Assembly (NCBI GenBank): GCA_020632015.1
Contig: JACKGI010000002.1
Span: 91,121 to 155,120, forward strand
DNA length: 64,000 bases
From: Candidatus Nomurabacteria bacterium
GTDB lineage: Bacteria; Patescibacteriota; Minisyncoccia; Phycocordibacterales; UBA918
Reading direction: 5' to 3'
Position 1 is the first letter of the stretch; each line of letters starts with the position of its first letter. Of the stretch, positions 9,328-17,794 are shown piece by piece. The position numbers and the translations under genes were made by a program. The notes beneath the pieces are model-generated. The model ran no database searches. It saw nothing but the letters and a program-made list of their open reading frames with translations, and was not told the origin of the DNA.

Positions 9328-10878
9328 CTAATTTTGAATCTCTACCTCTTCACCAGCTACCAAACCTCTAGTGTCGACCACAAATAAGTCATCTTTTGTA
9401 ATACCTTCTAATATCTCTACTGAGTTACCAAGAACATTTCCGAGAACAACTGGCTTACTGACCAAAGTTTTATCTTCGATGATAAACATTGAACCATTTT
9501 CACGTTCAAACTTAACAGCGGTTAGGGGAACTTTTACCGTACCATCAGCGGCTTCATCTAAACTTACTTCCTTTGTTATACGAACAGTGTCGCCGTTCAC
9601 AATGTCAGTACCTTCTGTAGCAATTCTTACTTCAGTTTTTCTCGTTGCACTATCCACTGCAGGAGCAATCTCTGTCACTGTGCCTTCGTATTTTCCGTCA
9701 ATCAAAACAACATCACCTTCTTTTATTAAATTCTTCTCACTGTCACTTATGTACGTAACTACTTCGAGGGCATTGTTATTAGCAACAATTGCTACCTGAG
9801 TGAATGAATTAATAAAGTCTCCTGTTCTAATAGAGAGAGAATTGACTGTACCGCTGATTGGTGTACGAAGTATTGTCTTAGCTAGGTTTGCTTGAGCTGA
9901 CCGCAGAGAACCAAGTGCTTGCTTTACTTGGGCATCAGCTGATGAAGTGGTTCCTCCTTGGGCTGATAATTCTGAACGCTTTACAGCGTCTCTAGCAGAA
10001 GATAGACCTGCCTCAGCAGTGTCGATACTAGATTGAACTCCAATCAAAGTAGATCTAAGTCCAGTAAAACTGGTACTGAAACTCTGTAGCTCAGCTTCTG
10101 TGTATCGACTCCCATTGTCTTGTTGGCTGAATATAAGCAGGAATGTATCAACCATGTTAATGATTTTTTGTACATTTTGACTAGCGTACTCAAGTTCAAC
10201 ATCTAAGTCAGCTTGAGCGGAGATTGTATTAGTTTTTGTTTGCCAAGTTGAAAGAATTGTCTGTAGCGCAACTCTTTCAGAGTTTAGCTGGGAGGTAAAC
10301 CCTTTACCGTCAATTCTCAAACCTGGAACATTTTTGTTAGTAGGATCAGAGAAAAAAGCATCGATTGAATTGATTACTATGCCATTTGTTGTGTTGTAAG
10401 CTGATTTAAAAGCAGAAACTGCATTGTTTTGAGCTGTTCTAAGACCATTTTGTGCTTCATTTACTCCGACATTGCTTTGCGCAGCGGCTGCAACCGCAGC
10501 GTCGTACACTCCCTCAGCCTGTAAAACTGACGCTCTTTCCGATGCGTTTTCTAGTGTAGCCAAAACAGCCCCAGCAGATACTTGTTGACCTAGTGAAGCA
10601 TTAACACTTACTACTCTTCCAGCACGTTCAGAGGTAATTTGAGCTTCGGTAAACGCCCTTACATTTCCAACTAGAGAAAGAGATTGTCCTCCCGCGTATT
10701 CAGTTGCGTTAGTAAGTTTTACTACAGGGTTTTGTACTTCCAATTCTGCGACGGTCTCATTTCCATTTGAGCTGTAATAAATAACAGCGATGATAATAAC
10801 CATCACAATAATAGCTCCTCGTACTGATTTTCTTCCTAGCCACGGCTTCAATCGTTCAATAATTTGCATATAACTCAA
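9328..10878 (-). CDS. Efflux RND periplasmic adaptor (membrane fusion protein), long form 516 aa
   Basis: N-terminal TM, lipoyl half-motifs (ERAGRVVSV..VSAGAVLATL and RTPISGTV), beta-barrel C-terminus; one nt from the RND gene. Confidence 0.8.
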   Translation of the reverse strand: MSYMQIIERLKPWLGRKSVRGAIIVMVIIIAVIYYSSNGNETVAELEVQNPVVKLTNATEYAGGQSLSLVGNVRAFTEAQITSERAGRVVSVNASLGQQVSAGAVLATLENASERASVLQAEGVYDAAVAAAAQSNVGVNEAQNGLRTAQNNAVSAFKSAYNTTNGIVINSIDAFFSDPTNKNVPGLRIDGKGFTSQLNSERVALQTILSTWQTKTNTISAQADLDVELEYASQNVQKIINMVDTFLLIFSQQDNGSRYTEAELQSFSTSFTGLRSTLIGVQSSIDTAEAGLSSARDAVKRSELSAQGGTTSSADAQVKQALGSLRSAQANLAKTILRTPISGTVNSLSIRTGDFINSFTQVAIVANNNALEVVTYISDSEKNLIKEGDVVLIDGKYEGTVTEIAPAVDSATRKTEVRIATEGTDIVNGDTVRITKEVSLDEAADGTVKVPLTAVKFERENGSMFIIEDKTLVSKPVVLGNVLGNSVEILEGITKDDLFVVDTRGLVAGEEVEIQN

Positions 10879-10980
10879 TTCAATAAATAATTGTTGGAAA
10901 ATACCATATAAATTAGTATTTGTCTATAGTTTGTACTACTTATAACCTTACTACGCACAGTATGGTACAATCTTGCGCAT

Positions 10981-11295
10981 ATGTTTGGAAAAATGAAAAA
11001 TTTCGCGATGAAGAAAGTACTTCAATCGCAAATGAAGAATGTACCAGAGGATCAACAGCAGATGATTATGGAGATGCTTGAAAAGGATCCAGCGCTATTC
11101 GAAAAGATAGCAAAGGAAATGCAAGCTGAACTTAAAAGCAACGGCAACAATCAAATGGCAGCTGCAACCAAGGTTTTGCCGAAATACCAAAAAGAAATCA
11201 TGGCTGTTATGAGTCCCGAAATGAAGGAAAAGCTGATGAAGATGCAAATGGGGGCTCAAGGACAGTTTAATCCGAATGGTTCTATTCGAAGATAA
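10981..11295 (+). CDS. Small Met/Lys/Gln-rich protein, unknown function
   Basis: 104 aa, many Met (MKEKLMKMQMGAQ); divergent from the efflux operon; strong GC-rich terminator follows. Confidence 0.45.
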   Translation: MFGKMKNFAMKKVLQSQMKNVPEDQQQMIMEMLEKDPALFEKIAKEMQAELKSNGNNQMAAATKVLPKYQKEIMAVMSPEMKEKLMKMQMGAQGQFNPNGSIRR

Positions 11296-11310
11296 TCTTC
11301 TTACTATATC

Positions 11311-11342
11311 AACAGGCGCGCCCTTCGGGCGCGCCTGTTTCA
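11311..11342 (+). terminator. Rho-independent terminator
   Basis: AACAGGCGCGCCC-TTCG-GGGCGCGCCTGTT perfect 13-bp stem, then TTT. Confidence 0.65.
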
Positions 11343-11358
11343 TATACAATACATTTAT

Positions 11359-11940
11359 ATGAATACTAAAAAAATTGTAATACTTTGTGGTCACCCAGAC
11401 GCAGATTCTTTTACTGGTAGTCTACTTGAGCGCTACCATGTAGCAGCCGAAGACGCAGGGCACGAGGTGCGTCGTTTTAACTTGGGAGAAATGAACTTTG
11501 ACCCAATTCTGCACAAAGGATACAAAGAAATTCAACAACTCGAACCTGACCTAATCACTTTCCAAGACGCGGTACGCGAATGTGACCATGTTGTTATCGG
11601 ATATCCAAACTGGTGGTGTACGATGCCAGCACTTTTGAAAGGTCTATTTGACCGAATTTGGCTTCCAGGCTTTGCCTTCAATTTCAACAAAGAAACAAAA
11701 AAAATTGAAAAGCACCTAAAAGGGAAGACTGCTAGGGTATTTATTTTATCTGGGTCTCATAGTCCATTTAAGACATGGTGGCAGTTTGGAGACTACACAA
11801 ATGAAATTCAATACGGAATTTTAGAGTTTGCTGGCCTTAAGACCCAAGTATCTAGTTATGGGCCTTGTGAAAGGGTAGATGACAGTATAAGAGCAAAATG
11901 GATGAAAGAAGTTGAATCACTCGGAAAACTTGCTAAATAG
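11359..11940 (+). CDS. NAD(P)H-dependent oxidoreductase, flavodoxin-like fold (quinone reductase/KefF-like)
   Basis: IVILCGHPDADSFTG.., YPNWWCTMPALLKGLFDRIWLPGFAF typical of the Flavodoxin_2 family. Confidence 0.75.
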   Translation: MNTKKIVILCGHPDADSFTGSLLERYHVAAEDAGHEVRRFNLGEMNFDPILHKGYKEIQQLEPDLITFQDAVRECDHVVIGYPNWWCTMPALLKGLFDRIWLPGFAFNFNKETKKIEKHLKGKTARVFILSGSHSPFKTWWQFGDYTNEIQYGILEFAGLKTQVSSYGPCERVDDSIRAKWMKEVESLGKLAK

Positions 11941-11941
11941 C

Positions 11942-11969
11942 TTGACTTTTAAGCTAATTCATGTATAAT
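11942..11969 (+). promoter_or_regulatory. Putative promoter
   Basis: TTGACT, 16-nt spacer, TATAAT. Confidence 0.45.
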
Positions 11970-12028
11970 ATTAGATAGAGATACGGGCATTCCGCCCAAG
12001 TCAAACAAACCCTGAAGGAGGGCTTGTC

Positions 12029-12328
12029 ATGAAAATTCAAACATTTAGCATGGTAGTTCTTGTGACTCTTGTTTTATCTGGCTGCATGGTTGCACCAGTA
12101 GACAAAGTTACCGACAACAGATACGAGCCGGAACAAGCTGACCCTGAAGCTTTCTGGCGTGACGAAGAACGTTACGGTAGAAACAATATAAACTTTAACC
12201 CTTGTCCTAACGATAATGTTAGCAACAAGGAAGCTGGTTACACAAGTTCACACCAGGGAGAACAGCAAACAAATCGGGGACGTACTGTCCACGACAAAGT
12301 CAAGACATATAATAATGGCGATTGCTAA
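12029..12328 (+). CDS. Small putative lipoprotein
   Basis: RBS GGAGGG; signal peptide ending in lipobox LSGC. Confidence 0.55.
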   Translation: MKIQTFSMVVLVTLVLSGCMVAPVDKVTDNRYEPEQADPEAFWRDEERYGRNNINFNPCPNDNVSNKEAGYTSSHQGEQQTNRGRTVHDKVKTYNNGDC

Positions 12329-12593
12329 CTGCAGGAGGATACTATTAATCCTGACTTTGTTACTCTGCGGTGGGTGCGCAAGCTCCCACCTAAAAGTAAC
12401 GAGCGATTTCCCTGGTGTTGCTCAACAAACCTGTCTTGCGTTTGATATTGTTGCACCAAAGATTCAGTGCCATACCGGTGAGTCCTATGTAATCGTGACA
12501 ATGGCTGAACGTAAGACTACGAGGAATGGGCTAATTAGGGAAACCTGTGGATATAAAGGTGAATGTATCCCGTCAGGGAATCTGACCTACTAA
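12315..12593 (+). CDS. Small putative lipoprotein/secreted protein
   Basis: Internal ATG of ORF 12216..12593 gives MAIANCRRILLILTLLLCGGCASS signal; overlaps the upstream stop by 14 nt. Confidence 0.45.
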   Translation: MAIANCRRILLILTLLLCGGCASSHLKVTSDFPGVAQQTCLAFDIVAPKIQCHTGESYVIVTMAERKTTRNGLIRETCGYKGECIPSGNLTY

Positions 12594-12625
12594 CGGCGTT
12601 ATGCGAAAGTATGCGCCGTTTTTCT
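12592..12625 (+). terminator. Rho-independent terminator
   Basis: AACGGCG...CGCCGTT stem followed by TTTT; overlaps the ORF-track start at 12601. Confidence 0.5.
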
Positions 12626-12696
12626 ATACAAAAATTTCGACATGTTATTATATTTTCATGCAAAAATCTTTTTTACGTGAGACGGCCGGAGCGGTC

Positions 12697-13497
12697 ATGC
12701 GCTCACTTGTAGTTGTACTCACAATTGTTTTAGTCTTTGTTTCAATTTCTGCTTTATACGAAGTGGAAAGCGGTATCAGTGATGGGACTTGTAATATTGC
12801 CGTACTTCCAATAGAAGGCGTCATTGTGCCATATCATGGTGTGGGTGATTTCGAGCTAATTACAACTCCAGAGACCGTTGAGTCATTCATGAGTTTGGTT
12901 GAGGACGATGAAGAGATTGACGGTGTGCTCCTAGAAATAAATTCACCAGGCGGAACTCCAGTTGCTTCCGAAAGGATTGCTGAAAGATTTCGAGAAAGTA
13001 GTCTACCAATCATTGGGTTAATCGGAGATCAAGGTGCTTCTGGTGGATACATGATTGCTTCAGCTGCGGATTATCTAATCGCATCTCCAATGTCAGACGT
13101 CGGTGGTATTGGTGTGAACATGTCCTATGTAGAAGAATCAGCAAAAAACGAGGAAGAGGGATTAACCTATGTCCAACTTACAACTGGGAAATTCAAGGAT
13201 ACTGGAAGTCCAAACCGACCAATTACCGAAGAAGAACGGGAACTGCTTCAAAAAGATTTAGATATTGTGCATAACTATTTTATAGACCTAGTTGCGAAAT
13301 ACCGAAATATGGACAGGGAGGCTGTGTCAGTCTTGTCTGACGGCTCAACTATGACCGGAACCCGAGCGCTCGATAATAATCTAGTCGACAAATTAGGAGG
13401 GAGGAACGAAGCCAAATTAGCATTTGCTGAGATACTTGAAAAAAATGATAGTGACATAATTTTCTGCGAGTATGAGTCTGGCTTTTTGCCTTTTTAG
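12697..13497 (+). CDS. sppA: Signal peptide peptidase SppA (S49, 36K type)
   Basis: INSPGGTP, GASGGYMIASAAD, TGKFKD; start chosen at the ATG with GGAG RBS (alternative 12658); 12601 lies inside the terminator. Confidence 0.85.
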   Translation: MRSLVVVLTIVLVFVSISALYEVESGISDGTCNIAVLPIEGVIVPYHGVGDFELITTPETVESFMSLVEDDEEIDGVLLEINSPGGTPVASERIAERFRESSLPIIGLIGDQGASGGYMIASAADYLIASPMSDVGGIGVNMSYVEESAKNEEEGLTYVQLTTGKFKDTGSPNRPITEEERELLQKDLDIVHNYFIDLVAKYRNMDREAVSVLSDGSTMTGTRALDNNLVDKLGGRNEAKLAFAEILEKNDSDIIFCEYESGFLPF

Positions 13498-13544
13498 ACG
13501 TACCCACTTGAAACTTTACTTGCATCTGTTAGGCTAGCGCACAT

Positions 13545-14645
13545 ATGTCACTATCTGTCGGAATCGTTGGATTACCAAACGTTGGAAAATCAACGCTTTT
13601 TAATGCGCTAACAAAAAACTCTGTACCAATGGAGAATTACCCATTTTGCACTATCGACCCATCGGTTGGTGTGGTTGCTGTGCCCGATAGCAGATTGGCT
13701 ACTTTGTCTGAGATATCAGGCTCTGAAGAAATCCTGCCAGCAATCATTGAGTTTGTTGATATTGCTGGATTAGTAAAAGGCGCGTCAGCAGGTGAAGGTC
13801 TTGGCAATAAGTTTCTTGCCAACATCCGCGAAACCGACATGATTGCTGAAGTGGTTCGTATTTTTGAGGATAGCGATATTCACCATGTATCAGGTTCTGT
13901 TGATCCGATGGGAGACATCGAGACAATCAATCTGGAACTAATAATGGCCGATGCAGAAACGGTTAGTAAAAGACTCAGCAACCTTGAGCGAGATGTGAAA
14001 AGAGGCGATAAAGAAGCAGTTGCAGAGAAAGCACTACTTGAAAAGATAGCCGGTCACTTACAAGCTGGGCACCTCGCCAACAGCCTAGGTATAACAGATG
14101 AGGAGAAAAAAATTCTAAAAGGACTACACTTATTGACCATGAAGCAATTCCTTTATGTCTGCAACAAGAAGCAAGATGCTTTTAACCTTGACGAACACAA
14201 TGATGATCGATGGCAAGAACTCTTAAACTTTTTTGAGGATACTGGTTCTGAGTACGTTATGGTCGACGCTGGTATGGAGCACGAACTAAAGGACTTAGGA
14301 GATGACGAAAAGAATGAATTTCGACGCGAATATGGTGCGCAAGATAGTGGGGTAGAAACATTAATTAGGGCCTGTTATCACCGACTAGGACTTATGAGCT
14401 ATTTCACCACTGGTGAAAAGGAGACTCGCGCGTGGACAGTTCCAATCGGAAGTACTGGTCCAGAAGCAGGAGCGGCTATACACACTGACTTCCAAACTAA
14501 GTACATCCGAGCACAGGTTGTGAAGTTTGAAGACTTAGTTTCAGCTGGATCAAAGTCAGCTGCACGAGACCAAGGGAAATTACGAACTGAAGGTAAAGAG
14601 TACATAGTTCAAGACGGCGACGTGATTGAATTCATGCATTCATAA
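13545..14645 (+). CDS. ychF: Ribosome-binding ATPase YchF
   Basis: GIVGLPNVGKSTLFNALT, DIAGLVKGAS, C-terminal TGS-like YIVQDGDVIEF. Confidence 0.95.
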   Translation: MSLSVGIVGLPNVGKSTLFNALTKNSVPMENYPFCTIDPSVGVVAVPDSRLATLSEISGSEEILPAIIEFVDIAGLVKGASAGEGLGNKFLANIRETDMIAEVVRIFEDSDIHHVSGSVDPMGDIETINLELIMADAETVSKRLSNLERDVKRGDKEAVAEKALLEKIAGHLQAGHLANSLGITDEEKKILKGLHLLTMKQFLYVCNKKQDAFNLDEHNDDRWQELLNFFEDTGSEYVMVDAGMEHELKDLGDDEKNEFRREYGAQDSGVETLIRACYHRLGLMSYFTTGEKETRAWTVPIGSTGPEAGAAIHTDFQTKYIRAQVVKFEDLVSAGSKSAARDQGKLRTEGKEYIVQDGDVIEFMHS

Positions 14646-14680
14646 GATAAATAATAAGTATCTTACCCCAACACTACAGG

Positions 14681-14709
14681 TTGACAAAATCTGTATACTA
14701 TGATATACT
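14681..14709 (+). promoter_or_regulatory. Putative promoter
   Basis: TTGACA, 17-nt spacer, TATACT. The TTG 'start' of ORF 14681 is the -35 box. Confidence 0.5.
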
Positions 14710-14740
14710 TTTTAAAGTCAAAAATATAGGAGTAGTTAAG

Positions 14741-14980
14741 ATGTTTTCAGAAAAGGAAACTCTAGATGGTTTCATCGCTGTAGCAAAAGCACTTATGAAA
14801 GGTCTCACTGCATCAGGAATACTTTTTTGTATATCTCTGATTATACTTATTGTGCTTGATCCTGGCCAAATTTTTAGAACTGTAGTTTTTAAATTATTTG
14901 TTGCCACCTTCTGGTTTGTCTTCGCCTCTTCTCTCGTAGGAACAATACTAAGAGAAATACGAGCAGTAAAAACAGAGTAG
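14741..14980 (+). CDS. Small membrane protein (79 aa)
   Basis: AGGAG RBS before ATG 14741; two hydrophobic segments; terminator follows. Confidence 0.45.
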   Translation: MFSEKETLDGFIAVAKALMKGLTASGILFCISLIILIVLDPGQIFRTVVFKLFVATFWFVFASSLVGTILREIRAVKTE

Positions 14981-15001
14981 TGAGCACCACCACAACCTTC
15001 T

Positions 15002-15033
15002 AAATACCAACGCAAGTTGGTATTTTCTTTTTT
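15002..15033 (+). terminator. Rho-independent terminator
   Basis: AAATACCAAC-GCAA-GTTGGTATTT followed by TCTTTTTT. Confidence 0.65.
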
Positions 15034-15083
15034 ATGATAGTTTGGTATAAGAAACAAGGTGTTCATAAATAGGAGTAATTATT

Positions 15084-15281
15084 GTGAAGAGATTACTGGG
15101 AAGTTCAATTTTTTACATTTTGTTCTATCCAAACCAACGAATTGTCACCTCTCAGATTATTTTAGAGGAATCAAAGGGTCCTGAAACTTCACGCAACAAA
15201 AGGAGGTTTGCAGAAAAAATGAGGGACAAAGAGAACATTCGGGCTCTGCGGTATAAAAACCGCAGGACTCAGCACCGGTAG
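15084..15281 (+). CDS. Possible small protein (65 aa, GTG start), hydrophobic N-terminus and very basic C-terminus
   Basis: AGGAG 9 nt upstream of the GTG; a second AAGGAGG precedes an in-frame ATG at 15219; could instead be a non-coding transcript. Confidence 0.25.
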   Translation: MKRLLGSSIFYILFYPNQRIVTSQIILEESKGPETSRNKRRFAEKMRDKENIRALRYKNRRTQHR

Positions 15282-15297
15282 GTGACTACCTAAACAA

Positions 15298-15324
15298 AAT
15301 CGCCCCAAAGGGGCGATTCTTTTT
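15298..15324. terminator. Bidirectional terminator
   Basis: AATCGCCCC-AAA-GGGGCGATT with T-runs on both strands. Confidence 0.65.
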
Positions 15325-15592
15325 AACTTAATTCAGTAGGGGGATTTGCGCGCTGCACTGGACTTACTATATTTGGATCCCATTTGGCATCTATCTCTCC
15401 ATGCTTACCTTCAAATTCTTCAACCTGATGTGCTAAGTACTGCTGAAGTCTTTTGGTGTGTTGTGGTGTAAGTGAGTAAATTGTTCCCTGATTACCTGAG
15501 GTTAGTCCCATCACAAAATACTCAGGAGTAAAGGCTACACTAATGCTTTCACAAAATAACTTTGGCGCTTTTTTAAAATCTTCTTGTTTCAT
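15323..15592 (-). CDS. Small conserved hypothetical protein (DUF3467-like by recollection)
   Basis: 89 aa; pattern ..FTPEYFVMGL....LTPQHTKRLQQYLAHQVEEFEGKHGEI resembles DUF3467. Confidence 0.5.
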   Translation of the reverse strand: MKQEDFKKAPKLFCESISVAFTPEYFVMGLTSGNQGTIYSLTPQHTKRLQQYLAHQVEEFEGKHGEIDAKWDPNIVSPVQRANPPTELS

Positions 15593-15636
15593 GTTAGAGA
15601 TTATACAGCAATAGTTATGGACTGGGGAAATTTTAT

Positions 15637-15664
15637 TTGACTTCAGTTCGTAGAGTGATATATT
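15637..15664 (+). promoter_or_regulatory. Putative promoter
   Basis: TTGACT, 16-nt spacer, TGaTATATT extended -10. Confidence 0.4.
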
Positions 15665-15711
15665 CAGCGTCGTTTTGATCTTTTAACATGTGAAAGGGGA
15701 AGGTGGTAAGG

Positions 15712-16152
15712 ATGTTGATTTACACTGAAAAAGAAGCTGTCGCTATGATTAGGGAAGCAAATTTCGAAGAATACATAAGGCAAGCGCAAAACAGTAGCAA
15801 CTGGTACTCAAGCTTAGTGAAAGAATCTGAGCATGAGTACAGACACTTTTTGCTTCTGCACTGGTGCAGTAGAAAAAACGGTCGAAATCATTTTATTTCT
15901 CCCACGACAAACGCTTGCAAGATATGGGAAAAACATATTTTGGACTCTGTTAAGTATCGAAAATTCTGTCAGGGTCTGATTGGAGATTATATTGATTATT
16001 ATCCAACCTACAAAGTTGGTTCGACTGAGTACATGGCGGGTCTCCGTGAGGCAGAGTATTTACAAAAATACTATCTTTCTACGTTTGGTTTCAGTCATGT
16101 ATACATAAGGAATACCGATGTAACGAGTCCGCCGTTTCCACGAATGGCCTGA
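15712..16152 (+). CDS. Hypothetical protein
   Basis: ATG 15712 after the GGGGAAGGTGG RBS; IWEKHILDSVKYRKFC resembles the 'WH.HiLdT..Y..FC' motif of glycine-rich-domain (DUF1399-like) proteins (weak). Confidence 0.45.
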   Translation: MLIYTEKEAVAMIREANFEEYIRQAQNSSNWYSSLVKESEHEYRHFLLLHWCSRKNGRNHFISPTTNACKIWEKHILDSVKYRKFCQGLIGDYIDYYPTYKVGSTEYMAGLREAEYLQKYYLSTFGFSHVYIRNTDVTSPPFPRMA

Positions 16153-16160
16153 TTACCTTA

Positions 16161-16190
16161 AGGGCGACTTCGGTCGCTCTTTATTTATTA
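16161..16190 (+). terminator. Rho-independent terminator
   Basis: GGGCGAC-TTCG-GTCGCTC followed by a T-rich tract. Confidence 0.5.
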
Positions 16191-16232
16191 CTAGAACTTT
16201 ACTTCTCATGAGGTTGTTACATACTAGTATAT

Positions 16233-17132
16233 ATGGAAAACAACACAGCTAAGCACTTCGTGCTCCAACTCGGCTCACTAGCGAGCTTATATTTATCATT
16301 AAGTTTTTTTATTGTCTTAGTCTTTGGACTAATTAACATGGCTATGCCGGACGCGGCTGATAACATATGGGACATGTCGCGCGCTGAAGAAGGAATAAAA
16401 ATTGGTATCGCAATGGTGGTCGTATTTTTTCCAACTTACTTATGGCTTACCCGAACAGTAAATAATAATAGACGTAAATCGTCAGACCATGCGTACCTAG
16501 GTCTAACTAAGTGGCTTATCTACCTTTCACTTTTGGTTGGTGGGGCAGTACTTTTAGGAGATTTGGTAGCTGTAATTATGTTTTTCTTGGAGGGAGATAT
16601 TACAACTAGATTTATTCTAAAAGCGCTTTCAGTTTTAGTGATTATTGGCGCAGCCTTCCAGTATTATCTAATGGACGTTAGGGGTCATTGGATGCAGAAC
16701 GAAAAGAAATCAGTTTTGTTTGGCTATATTGCTGGTGCGATTGTTCTAGTTGTTGTTGGACTTGGAGTTATGCAAATCCAATCTCCTTCAGATGCAAGAG
16801 AGATTAAAATCGATAACCAAATGATAGGAGACTTGCAAGACATGCAGTGGAGAATTGAAGATTACTATAGAACAAACAACTCTCTACCTGAATCAATCAA
16901 TGAAATCTACGGCCAGTTTACTGCACCAACTGCTCCAGAAGGTAGGGAGGCTTACACTTTTGAAGTAACTGGTGAAAAGACTTACAAAATTTGCGCCACT
17001 TTTGCAAAAGATGTTGACCTAGGTCGAAACAACTCATACGCTTATCCCGTATTTGAAAAGAACAACAACTGGGATTACAAAGCTGGACACTGGTGTTTCG
17101 AAAGAGAAATAAATGATAAGTATTTACAGTAG
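16233..17132 (+). CDS. Membrane protein, DUF5671-like
   Basis: 4-5 TM; GDITTRFILKALSVLVIIGAAFQYYL matches my recollection of the DUF5671 signature; C-terminal soluble domain with LP motif. Confidence 0.55.
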   Translation: MENNTAKHFVLQLGSLASLYLSLSFFIVLVFGLINMAMPDAADNIWDMSRAEEGIKIGIAMVVVFFPTYLWLTRTVNNNRRKSSDHAYLGLTKWLIYLSLLVGGAVLLGDLVAVIMFFLEGDITTRFILKALSVLVIIGAAFQYYLMDVRGHWMQNEKKSVLFGYIAGAIVLVVVGLGVMQIQSPSDAREIKIDNQMIGDLQDMQWRIEDYYRTNNSLPESINEIYGQFTAPTAPEGREAYTFEVTGEKTYKICATFAKDVDLGRNNSYAYPVFEKNNNWDYKAGHWCFEREINDKYLQ

Positions 17133-17156
17133 CAACCTCACAAACATGCAGTATAG

Positions 17157-17184
17157 AAAAAAACCGGCGCTTTGCGCCGGTTTT
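17157..17184. terminator. Bidirectional terminator
   Basis: AAAAAAA-CCGGCGC-TTT-GCGCCGG-TTTT between convergent genes. Confidence 0.7.
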
Positions 17185-17199
17185 GCTTTCAATACATTG

Positions 17200-17643
17200 C
17201 TAGTGACCTAGCTCCAATTTAATCCTGTCAATGACATTGTCGGCACGACTGCCACATGAGAACTCAGCCTTGAGCTTCTCTATTTTCTTGTCGTACAGAC
17301 TTCGATAATAGTTAATGAAGGCTGCTGCCACTAAAGCCACCACAACATACAAAAAGCAGATGATTGGCAACTCTAAAATGGAACTATAATCCTGACAGGC
17401 AATTAAGTATGTCCCGACCCCAGAGGTAAGAATTGAAAGACAAGAAACAGAGATTAATTGATGAAAAAAGTTTCTTCTTGCAAAGAACACCCAATCATTC
17501 CATTCAGCCTGAATCCTGTTGTACTCCTTCTGACACATGTCATTTGCAGGGAAGACAGAAGGCTCTACACCACCACACTTGTGACAGGTCGCTCTGTCCC
17601 TATCAACAAAGTACTCAAGCTCACTTTCGTGTACTGTATTCAT
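17200..17643 (-). CDS. Hypothetical membrane protein (147 aa)
   Basis: Cys-containing N-terminus (CHKCGG), two TM segments, charged C-terminus. Confidence 0.45.
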   Translation of the reverse strand: MNTVHESELEYFVDRDRATCHKCGGVEPSVFPANDMCQKEYNRIQAEWNDWVFFARRNFFHQLISVSCLSILTSGVGTYLIACQDYSSILELPIICFLYVVVALVAAAFINYYRSLYDKKIEKLKAEFSCGSRADNVIDRIKLELGH

Positions 17644-17794
17644 TTTGTATCTCCAGTGTTGTAAAGCTTATTAATGATCAAAATCTTGCTTCCAAAACAA
17701 TACAATAAGAAAGAGAAAGTGCAACTTAATACTTTGACTATTTTCGTAAGGATGGCAGAATAAGACACTATTCGCGGTAATTAATTTGTAGTAT

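Noticed and set aside
10981-11295. Calling the Met-rich small protein a CusF-like metallochaperone
   Set aside because: It has no signal peptide and no recognisable CusF fold motifs. Only composition and position support the idea, so it is left as a hypothetical protein.
12601-12696. N-terminal extension of sppA (track start 12601)
   Set aside because: The ATG lies inside the terminator hairpin of the upstream operon and has no RBS. A downstream ATG with a GGAG site gives a normal signal-anchor N-terminus.
14981-15322. RNase P RNA, SRP RNA, tmRNA or 6S RNA in the terminator-bracketed gap
   Set aside because: None of the universally conserved motifs I know is present (for example GAGGAAAGUCC for RNase P, GGAAGCAGCC for SRP, or a tRNA-Ala-like 3' end for tmRNA).
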